Assembly: GCA_965224085.1 (NCBI GenBank)
Contig: CBDCYI010000005.1
Coordinates: 2,048,001 to 2,112,000 of the forward strand
Direction of reading: 5' to 3'
Length of the DNA: 64,000 nucleotides
Source of the DNA: Candidatus Marinacidobacterales bacterium
GTDB lineage: Bacteria > Acidobacteriota > Vicinamibacteria > Marinacidobacterales > SMYC01
The position numbers and the translations under genes are program-made. Positions 20,152 to 28,549 of this stretch are shown here, piece by piece. The first letter of the stretch is position 1, and every line of letters begins with the position of its first letter. The notes under the pieces were generated by a model, which was not told the origin of the DNA, searched no databases, and saw only the letters and a program-made list of their open reading frames with translations.

Positions 20152-21762
20152 ATGGCCAGGAAGTGGATGACGGTAGTTTTTTTCCAGATCGGACTGCTGC
20201 TGGGAACCCATGCGGCGCCATCGGGCTCCCTCGCCTCCCAATTCCCGGCGGTGGAGATTCAAGAGCTCGTGCTCGACAACGGATTTCGGGTGTTAGTCGT
20301 GGAGGATCACCGGGTTCCCCGCGTGGCCGCGAGTCTCTGGTATCGCGTGGGGTCGATCGCGGAGGCCCAAGGCGAGCACGGCGCTGCGCACTTCCTCGAG
20401 CACATGGTGTTCCAGGGGACGACTTCGGTGGGGACCAAGGACTTTGCAGCGGAAGTGCCGATCCTGCGCGAGATTTACGAGACCGAGCAGAGGCTACTGA
20501 AAATCTGGAATGGGGAGAGGAATCGCCTGCGAGAGCGTGACGTCTTCTACGACGAGCTCGAGTGGCCGACCACGAGCAGAATGGACGAGGTGCGCCAGCG
20601 GCTTTACGAGCTTGAGGACGAGGATTCCGAGTACCGTGATTTCTGGGCAGAGTACAACTGGTATCTGCGCCACGGCGCCCTCATGCGGCATACCGATCCC
20701 GTCCCGGCGACCACCTTCAAGGAGCACATAGAGATTGATATTGACCTTCCCAAGGAAAACCTCGAGCTGTTCTTTCGGCTCGAGGCGGACCGGATGGTCA
20801 ACGCGGTCTTTCGAGGCTGGGAGGCTCAGCGGTTTACGGTGCTAGAGCAAAGGCTGAACCGACAGGGCCGTGCAGCGACTCGGTTCGATTACGAGGCGCT
20901 GGACGGAGTCACGTTCCTGGCTCACCCCGTGGCCCACCCCGCCGGTGGGAATTTACGGGATTTCGCGTACTTCAATCGCGCCGACATGTCCCGCATGTAC
21001 GACGCTTACTTCGTGCCCAACAACGCGAGAGTCGTTCTCGTGGGAGACGTCACGCTTACTGAGGTACGACCCCTGGCGGAGCGTTTCTTCGGTCGCCTGA
21101 AGAAAGGTGCCGAGCCCCCCGCCCGTATGGACTACGAGGCGGAGCCGGTTCCTGGAGGCGCCATTCGACTCGACTGGATGGAGCCTCTGGACCCTCGAGT
21201 CTTCGTACGTTACCGAATGCCGGGTGTGGGTCATCCGGACCGCCCGGTATTCGACACGATCGCCGCGCTCCTGACAGGGCCGCATGGCATGATCGGCGCC
21301 GATTTCACCGCTGGGGGCGGCGGTCGCACCTCGACCCAACCCGTTGACTTCGGGGTTTCTGCGCCGCGCGTTGGGGTGCCGTACGTGCTCAGCATCGTCG
21401 GCTCGGCGCGAAGCGATGACGATCTCCCCGACACCGACAGAGCAATCCTTTGAGCGGTCGAGAACTTGCGACAAGGACGAATCGATGCGAGCGCACTCGA
21501 ACGAGCGCGCAAATACATGCGTCTGGAATGGGACCAACTGCGTGCTGATCGTGGTGGCCTGGCGAGTGCGCTGGGAAGTTTCGACGTGATGGATAGCTGG
21601 AAGATTCTCCAATCGCACATGGAGGTGCGCGAAACTTCCTCGGCGGAGGACGTCCAGCGGATCGCACAGCGATATCTCGTTCCCTTCAACCGGGTGATCG
21701 CCACATCGCGTCAGAAACCGCTCGCCCCGGAAAGCCGTTCTCCTCACGGCCCGGTTCTCTAA
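20152..21762 (+). CDS. M16 family HxxEH subunit 4, interrupted by an in-frame TGA at 21451-21453
   Basis: HFLEH motif. ORFs 20152-21453 and 21466-21762 share a frame and together align to the full length of the paralogs. Confidence 0.8.
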
Positions 21763-21777
21763 CTGAGGCTCCGCGAC

Positions 21778-23277
21778 ATGAAAAACCGAGTCAAACAACA
21801 AAGGTGGCGCCGATGGCTGGCGCCGTTCAACGCGGTACTTGCGGTCGTCACCGCTTGGGGTTCGGTGGCTTGTAATCAGGCCACCGAAGGCAGAGAGGAA
21901 ACATTGCCAGGCCGCACTCGTGCGTTGCTCGCTCATGACTGGCCGCATCCCCGCGATTACCAGTTCGCGCCGAGCCAGTTCGAGCCACCGAATCCTGCCG
22001 AGGCCTTGGTGACGACCGACAGTGGGGTTCGCGCCTACGTTATCGCTGAGAGCTCGGAACCCGTTGTGCGAATCACCGCGGCTCTTCCGCTGGGACGGCT
22101 GCATGAGCGGGCGAACGAGGCTGGAGCTTCGGAGCTCATAACTCGAACCCTGACCCGAATCGGCCCAGAAGATCCGGAGCGTCCGTTGTCTCTGAGGCTC
22201 GATCGCCTGGCCACTCGGTTCGACGTCGAGGAGGCGCTGGACTTGACCCGTATCTCGCTCGAGGTGCTGGCCGAGGACTGGCGCGAGGCGCTCTCTCTGA
22301 TGATCGATGTCCTTCGGCGCACCGAGTTCAACGATAGCTCCATTCGCAGCTACCGTACCGGCCCTGGGTACGGTTTCTCCCGTCGTGCCGCGGACCCAGG
22401 GTTCCGGCCGAAGGTCGAGCTCGAGCGGATCCTTGGAGGATATCCTCTCGCACCGCCAGAGCCTGGACTCTCGGTCACGACCAACGGGGTTCAGGCGCTT
22501 GTCTCGCGGAGCTTGCGAGCGAACCTTGTGGTTCTCGGTGTCGGGGGAAACGTGCCGCGCTCCGAGGCTCTGGCCGCCCTCGATGATCTGACGAGGGGCT
22601 GGGAACGCGCCACAGGATCACCGGAAGCAGCGTCGCTCCCTCGCTTGGGCAACGAGCCAGAATCGGTACACACCGTTGACGCGCCGAGCCTCGAAGGATG
22701 GATAGCGATCGGTCGGGCGATTGATGGGATTCCGGAAACGGAGCGCGCCGCGGTCTCGGTGCTCGCCCACATTCTCGGCGTCCGCTTGAACATCGCGGCT
22801 CGCGAGATCCGAGGCCTCGCGAACAAAACGATCTTTTTGTTGCCGGAGACCGGAAGCGGAGCCGGGCTTCTGCACGTCCGCACGGGCGGCCGTTTGGAAG
22901 CGGTAGCTCCCCTCGTGAAGTACACCCTCGACGAGATCGACCGAATCCAAGAGCCGGATGACTCCATCACGAATGAAGAGCTGGAACGCGCAAAAGGCGC
23001 GCTCGTCCTGGGCAAGTGGCAGGGGGCACTGGACGGTGCTCGTACGGCGAGTGAGACTTATGCGGTCGAGACGGTACGCTACGGCACAACGGACCGCGTG
23101 CTCGAGTGGCCGGAGGCGGTAGAGGCCGTGACGGTGGAGGAGATCCGGGCGTTGTCCACCAAGTATTTAGCACGCGACCAGATGGTGACGGTCATCGTAG
23201 GGCCAATCGAAAAAATCCGGGCCGCACGCCATCCCCGCTGGCCCGTTGATCTTGAAACTCTGGTGAGCTCCAACTAA
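21778..23277 (+). CDS. M16 non-catalytic partner subunit, predicted lipoprotein
   Basis: Lipobox SVAC; paralog of 8207-9706 (HDWPHPRD...ARHPRWPVDL). Confidence 0.85.
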   Translation: MKNRVKQQRWRRWLAPFNAVLAVVTAWGSVACNQATEGREETLPGRTRALLAHDWPHPRDYQFAPSQFEPPNPAEALVTTDSGVRAYVIAESSEPVVRITAALPLGRLHERANEAGASELITRTLTRIGPEDPERPLSLRLDRLATRFDVEEALDLTRISLEVLAEDWREALSLMIDVLRRTEFNDSSIRSYRTGPGYGFSRRAADPGFRPKVELERILGGYPLAPPEPGLSVTTNGVQALVSRSLRANLVVLGVGGNVPRSEALAALDDLTRGWERATGSPEAASLPRLGNEPESVHTVDAPSLEGWIAIGRAIDGIPETERAAVSVLAHILGVRLNIAAREIRGLANKTIFLLPETGSGAGLLHVRTGGRLEAVAPLVKYTLDEIDRIQEPDDSITNEELERAKGALVLGKWQGALDGARTASETYAVETVRYGTTDRVLEWPEAVEAVTVEEIRALSTKYLARDQMVTVIVGPIEKIRAARHPRWPVDLETLVSSN

Positions 23278-23328
23278 CCCTCGGTCGCGAAAAGATGGGC
23301 GAGGTCTCAACGAGAGGCCGGACTTTTC

Positions 23329-24864
23329 TCACCGCTCGGCGTCGGTAGGCTGGAGGGCGTCGAGATCTACCGGCCACCGCGGATGGCGGGCCGCCCGAAT
23401 CTTCTCCAGGGGGCCGACGACCACCGTGACCATCGCCGCTGGATCCAAATATCTTTGTGCCGTCGCTTTCACTTGGTCGGCGTTCACCGCCTGCACCGAC
23501 GCCGGCCAATCGAGCAATCGCTCGACTCCGCCACGTCGGACGGTCTCGACGGCATAGGTCGTGCTGGCCTGACGGGCACCGTCCAACGCTTTCTGCCAAG
23601 CGCCCAGAATGAGAATCCCCTTGGCTCGCTCGATCTCCTCGTCGGTGATGGTATCGGTCGGAGAATGAATCCGCCTCACTTCCTCGAGACAGAATTTGAC
23701 GAGCGGCGCCACCGATTCCTGCCGGCCGCCCGTCCGGATATGGAGCAGCCCGGCCCCGCTTCCGGTCTCCGGCAAAACAAAGATCGTATGATTCGCCAGC
23801 CCGCGCATCTCTCGTACGGCAATGTTCAGCCGCGTGCCGAGGATCTCTTTGAGCACCGCCAGTGGCGCCTGTTCGGACTCTGGGACGGGTTCGATCGCAC
23901 GACCGATAGCGATCCAGCCTTGCCTTGGAACGACCCATGCGCCCAGGCTCGGCTCGTCGAGCGTCTGGAGCCAACGAGAGGGTGGTGGAGGTTGGCGAAA
24001 CGAGCGCGTCTCCACGACACCCGCTGCACTCTCCCAGCCATCGGTGAGGTCGTTGAGGGCGGCGTGGAGATCGGCACTTGGCACACTACCGCCGACGCCG
24101 AACACGACACGGTTGGATCTCAGAGTACGCGCCGCCAGTGCCCGGACGGCTTCGGGCCTCACCGGAATCCCTGGATCCGGCGGCGCGAGAGGATAACCTC
24201 CCATCATGCGCTCGAGCTCGACCTTGGGTCGGAAATCGACCTCCTCGACGCGGGAGTTCGGGGTCGAATAGCCAAGCCCGGTGCGATGCCCGCGGAGAAG
24301 AACCTCATCCAGGGGTCCTCGCAACAGATCCACCACTAAGCCAAGGCCTTTGAGCCAATCGTCCGGAAGCACTTCCAAGGAGACCTGCGTGAAGTCCAGC
24401 GCCTCTTCCACCTCCAGCTCCGTTCCGAGCTCGTCCAAACGATCCGGAAGAGACCCCTGGGAGGTTCGGGCCCTGCGCCCGGCCACAATTCCAGTCAGCA
24501 CGCGCGCCGCGCCGGCTTCGCCATCTCGCTCGTAGAGCCGGCCCAGCGGCAGCGCTGCCGTGATACGTACCACGGGATCCGTGGTATCCGGGATCACATA
24601 GGCACGAACGCCGCTCGCGCTCGTGACCAGGGCTTCCTCCGCATCGGGCGGTTCGAACGTGGTCGGGGTGAACGTGTAGTCGCGTGGGTGCGGCCAGTCA
24701 TGTTCGACCAGCGGCCGGGAGCGGCCGGGCAACGTGTCCCCCTCACGGTCGAGAGCACCGCCACAGCTCATCGTTGCCCAAGCCGCCATCGCCACGGCCA
24801 GTCCGGCTCTCGTGGCGCCTTTCGGTGGAACGAGCCTCGTTGCCAGAACGGTCGCGATTGTCAT
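23329..24864 (-). CDS. M16 non-catalytic partner subunit, predicted lipoprotein
   Basis: Cys after a hydrophobic stretch (TMSC); paralog of the other two partner subunits. Confidence 0.85.
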   Translation of the reverse strand: MTIATVLATRLVPPKGATRAGLAVAMAAWATMSCGGALDREGDTLPGRSRPLVEHDWPHPRDYTFTPTTFEPPDAEEALVTSASGVRAYVIPDTTDPVVRITAALPLGRLYERDGEAGAARVLTGIVAGRRARTSQGSLPDRLDELGTELEVEEALDFTQVSLEVLPDDWLKGLGLVVDLLRGPLDEVLLRGHRTGLGYSTPNSRVEEVDFRPKVELERMMGGYPLAPPDPGIPVRPEAVRALAARTLRSNRVVFGVGGSVPSADLHAALNDLTDGWESAAGVVETRSFRQPPPPSRWLQTLDEPSLGAWVVPRQGWIAIGRAIEPVPESEQAPLAVLKEILGTRLNIAVREMRGLANHTIFVLPETGSGAGLLHIRTGGRQESVAPLVKFCLEEVRRIHSPTDTITDEEIERAKGILILGAWQKALDGARQASTTYAVETVRRGGVERLLDWPASVQAVNADQVKATAQRYLDPAAMVTVVVGPLEKIRAARHPRWPVDLDALQPTDAER

Positions 24865-24868
24865 CGCT

Positions 24869-26494
24869 CTACCGCCCCTCTGTCGGAAGCCCGCTCGAGG
24901 GTTCAACGCTCTCATCACTTCCGGGATTTCGATGCGCCGTCACGATGACGCGGTTGGAGCGGACCAGGTATCGCCTCGCTGCGCGTTCGATATCCTTCAC
25001 CGAAACTCGCTCCCGCGCTTCAACGTGAGATTGCATCGTGTTCCAGCTGTGCATCACCTCGAACCGTCCCAATTCATAGGCGAGGTCAGCGCGACTCGAG
25101 CGGATCTGATTCCAGTCGAGCCGTAGCTCCCTGCGCGCCTGCTCGAGCGTCTTCGGGTCGACTTGACCCTGACGCAACTCTTGCACCACCTCCAATATGG
25201 CGCTCTCGATTGCCCCGAGGTCCTCGTCCCCGCGCCCCATGCCGACGAGGTCGATCGCGCTCGGCGAGCCGGTGCGCGACGCGGATACCCGAAAATCGAC
25301 GCCGGTTGCAAGCTCTCGTTTGTCGCTGAGCTTCCGGTTCAGCATGCGTCCGACCAGCGCTGCGATCGTGTCGAAAACCGGCCGATCGGGATGGCCGACG
25401 CCGGGGATGCGGTAGCGAACGATGACCCTCGGATCCACGGGCTCCAGCCAGTCGAGCCGGATGGCACCCCCAGGAACCACTTCCGCCTCGAGATCCATCC
25501 AGGCGGGTGGCTCCGCTCCCCTCGGGATCCGGCCGAAATATTGCTCGGCGAGAGGTTCGACCTCGCTCCGGGTAATGTCCCCCACGAGGACGAGGCTCGC
25601 GTTGTTGGGTACGAAGTAATCATCGTACATGCGCAGCATGCTGGCCCGACTGTAGAACGCGAAATCCCTCAAATGGCCGCCGGAGCGCCGGAACATCGGA
25701 TGTACGACTCCGGTAACTCCGTTCATCACCTCATAGAACCTTCCCCTCGGATCGGCGGCCCGTTGGCGTCCTCCCAGGATCTGCTCGAGCACGGTAAACC
25801 GCTGGGCCTCCCATCCCCTCAGGACCGCGTTGGCCATGCGATCCGCCTCCAGCCGAAACAGAAGCTCGATGTTCTCCCTGGGCATGTCGAGGTCGATCTC
25901 GAGCGCCTCGTGCCCGGTCGTGGCCGGCACCGGATCGGTATGTCTGCTGACAGCCCCGTACCGACGATGCCAGTTGTATTCGGCCCAGAATTCCCTGTAT
26001 TGCGCATCCTCGTCCTCCAGCTCGTACAATCGCTGCCGCAACTGCTCGATTTCGGGGGTCGTCGGCCAGTCGAGGTCGCCGTGAAAGACGTCGCGCTGCC
26101 GGAGGCGGTTTCTCTCACGGTTACGGGCGGCCAGGAGCTTCTGCTCGGTCTCGTAGATCTCGCGCAAGAGGGATTTCTCAGCCTCGAAGTTGTTCGTGCC
26201 AACGGTCGTGGTCCCCTGGTGCACCATGTGCTCGAGGAAGTGGGTCGAGCCATGCTCGCCAATACGCTCCTGCAACGAGCCCAGGCGGTACCACAGACTC
26301 GCTGCGACGCGAGGGACCCGGTGATCCTCCACGACTAACACCCGGAATCCGTTGTCGAGCACGAGCTCTTGAACGTCGACCAGGGGAAAAGACGAAGACG
26401 GCTCGACGGAGGACTGGCTGTCGCTCGATCGCACGGAGGCTAGCCCTATGAGGAGCGTGGTGGCGACGGCACTCGTCAGGAGGAAGGGTCGCAT
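24869..26494 (-). CDS. M16 family protein, HxxEH subunit 5
   Basis: HFLEH motif; signal peptide; paralog of subunits 1-4. Confidence 0.9.
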   Translation of the reverse strand: MRPFLLTSAVATTLLIGLASVRSSDSQSSVEPSSSFPLVDVQELVLDNGFRVLVVEDHRVPRVAASLWYRLGSLQERIGEHGSTHFLEHMVHQGTTTVGTNNFEAEKSLLREIYETEQKLLAARNRERNRLRQRDVFHGDLDWPTTPEIEQLRQRLYELEDEDAQYREFWAEYNWHRRYGAVSRHTDPVPATTGHEALEIDLDMPRENIELLFRLEADRMANAVLRGWEAQRFTVLEQILGGRQRAADPRGRFYEVMNGVTGVVHPMFRRSGGHLRDFAFYSRASMLRMYDDYFVPNNASLVLVGDITRSEVEPLAEQYFGRIPRGAEPPAWMDLEAEVVPGGAIRLDWLEPVDPRVIVRYRIPGVGHPDRPVFDTIAALVGRMLNRKLSDKRELATGVDFRVSASRTGSPSAIDLVGMGRGDEDLGAIESAILEVVQELRQGQVDPKTLEQARRELRLDWNQIRSSRADLAYELGRFEVMHSWNTMQSHVEARERVSVKDIERAARRYLVRSNRVIVTAHRNPGSDESVEPSSGLPTEGR

Positions 26495-26589
26495 CCCGGC
26501 ATTCCTTTCCGTGCAGCGGAGCGTCCGTTAGCCGGGAGGGAGCTCGCGATCTAGGAGTCCCCCTCGAGGTGCTCGGTGCTCGGCGCCCA

Positions 26590-28320
26590 TCAGAATCCGT
26601 TGGCATGACCGAGGCGTCGCGGATCGGTCACCCCATGAAGTTTGCCGGCATCATCGCGCCAGACAAGTTGGATCGAGCCGGTATGCCAGTTGTACGGTCC
26701 AAGCTCCTCGATCTGGATCCCGCGCGCCGAAAGCTCCTTGCGCAGGGCATCGGGAATGCGGGACTCGATGCGAAGATACCCGACGTTGCCAAAGTCTCGG
26801 TCCACTCCCCTGTCACGGTACGCCCAGAAGCGCGGCGCGTCGATGGCCTCTTTCGGCGGCATACCGAAGTCGAGGATGTTGATCAGAACCTCGGTAACCG
26901 GCTGCGACGGCAATCCCGGTGAGCCGATCGCCAGCCAGGGCTTGCCGTCCTTCGCGATCATCGTCGCGGTCACGTGCGTCGAAAAACGTCGGCCGGGTCC
27001 GCTCGTGCGCTGCCATCTTCCGCTGCCGGTAGATCTCACGCCGTCGACGAACACACCCGGCATACCACCATGCCCGGTATGAAGATAAGTAATCCAGTTG
27101 CCCTCGGCGTCGACGATGACGTTGTGATTGCTGTCGTCGCCGTAGGGGTCGACCTTACTCCAGGGTCCGGCTGGTCGCAGCGAAGCATAATCATCGGTAG
27201 CTCTCGCCGGCGCGAGGTCCGCTTTCGGCATGCTGGTCCGCACGAACTCGGCTCCCATCTTGCCGTACTCCTTCGAAAGCCATAGCGCCGACGGGATGTG
27301 GAAGCTGCGCGGATCCCCCATGGCATAGCGAATCTCGTTCTCCACCCGGCCGAGCGCGCGCACCATGATCTCCAGCGTTTCTGCCGACTCCGTGTAATGT
27401 CCCGCTTTCTTCAGGTCAAAGTTCTCCAGGATGTTCAGGTTGTAGCCAAGATTCAGACCCCCGGCCACCGGAGGCGGCTCACTGATGATCTCGTGGCCCC
27501 GGTACGTAAAACGCACCGGCTCCTGCCAGAGCACCTCGTAAGCGCTCAGATCTTCCAGGCTCACGCGCCCGCCACGCTTGTTCGCTTCCTTCACGAACTT
27601 CTGGGCCCACGCTCCCTTGTAGAGGTAATCCGAACCCTCCGAGGCTACCTTGCGGAGAGTTTCTGCGAGCGCCGGCATCTTCCAGCGGTGCCCCACCGGC
27701 ACCAGGTGCCCTTCGGGCATGTAGAACTCCCGGGCCTCTTTGTTCTCCTTGATCAAATCCCTGTTTGACCAATTGGAATAGTTGTTGCCATACATGAAGG
27801 AGGTGACGACGAACCCTTCCTCGGCGGTGGCGATGGCAGGCTCGACATAACTGGCCCACTCCTGCGTGCCGAAGCGCTTCCACAGTTGCTCCAGCGCGAG
27901 CACCTTGCCCGCAATCGAAACCTTCATCGGGTCGCCGTGCTCGCCGCGCTCGGCGAGAGGCTTTGCGCCATAAGCATTGAAGGCGTAATACTTCCCGGTT
28001 GCCGCCTCATAGTAGAGCCCGGTCATCGCGCCAAAAAGAGAGACTTGATGGTAGTCCACGACGTTTTGGAGGAACGTCGCGGTGATGGCCGCATCCACGG
28101 CATTACCACCTTCACGGAGGACCTCGAGCGCCGTCTCCGTGACGATGTGGAGTTGCGTGCTCACCATCACCTTGTCGCCTATCGCTTCGGGTTTAGGGCC
28201 CTGATTGAGCAGCGGATCTCTGGGATCGGTGGGTCCCGGCTCAATCTGGCCCATCGCTGCCGGCACCATGCCCGTGAAGATGAGAGTCAAGACTAGGGCC
28301 GGTAATGTGACCGAACGCAT
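26590..28320 (-). CDS. Gamma-glutamyltransferase-like Ntn hydrolase (GGT-like 2)
   Basis: Paralog of 18329-20068 with the same GGT motifs; RBS GGAGG before ATG 28320. Confidence 0.88.
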   Translation of the reverse strand: MRSVTLPALVLTLIFTGMVPAAMGQIEPGPTDPRDPLLNQGPKPEAIGDKVMVSTQLHIVTETALEVLREGGNAVDAAITATFLQNVVDYHQVSLFGAMTGLYYEAATGKYYAFNAYGAKPLAERGEHGDPMKVSIAGKVLALEQLWKRFGTQEWASYVEPAIATAEEGFVVTSFMYGNNYSNWSNRDLIKENKEAREFYMPEGHLVPVGHRWKMPALAETLRKVASEGSDYLYKGAWAQKFVKEANKRGGRVSLEDLSAYEVLWQEPVRFTYRGHEIISEPPPVAGGLNLGYNLNILENFDLKKAGHYTESAETLEIMVRALGRVENEIRYAMGDPRSFHIPSALWLSKEYGKMGAEFVRTSMPKADLAPARATDDYASLRPAGPWSKVDPYGDDSNHNVIVDAEGNWITYLHTGHGGMPGVFVDGVRSTGSGRWQRTSGPGRRFSTHVTATMIAKDGKPWLAIGSPGLPSQPVTEVLINILDFGMPPKEAIDAPRFWAYRDRGVDRDFGNVGYLRIESRIPDALRKELSARGIQIEELGPYNWHTGSIQLVWRDDAGKLHGVTDPRRLGHANGF

Positions 28321-28457
28321 AGCTACCTCCTCTCGGGGAATGCTTTGCTCCCGAGGCTCTTGGAAAAGTTTTTCCAGAATGAAGATCGATCTCAAACGAG
28401 CGCCCTTAGAAAAATTTCTGTCGGGCTTTCTCCTGGTGGTTAGGATGTCTCATTGGA

Positions 28458-28493
28458 CTCCGGGGTGACGGGATCAAGCCCGCCACCCCGGAG
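28458..28493. other. Strong GC hairpin between TBDR3 and GGT-like 2
   Basis: ctccggggtgacggg-atcaag-cccgccaccccggag. There is no U-tract, so it is more likely an mRNA-stabilising stem than an intrinsic terminator. Confidence 0.6.
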
Positions 28494-28549
28494 CCGATTC
28501 TCGCCGGCTGCCTGCCGAGACCCTTGCTCGCGTGGCCGGCACCGAGGCG

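Noticed and set aside
21451-21453. In-frame TGA in M16 subunit 4 as a third selenocysteine
   Set aside because: Paralogs have Glu or Ala here, not Cys. Only a weak 4-bp stem follows. CTT TGA GCG is easily a miscall or mutation of CTT GAG GCG (ILEAVENLRQG), matching the paralogs.
23289-23328. Bidirectional terminator between converging modules 2 and 3
   Set aside because: Only a short imperfect stem (ggtctc/gaggcc) is visible, too weak to call.
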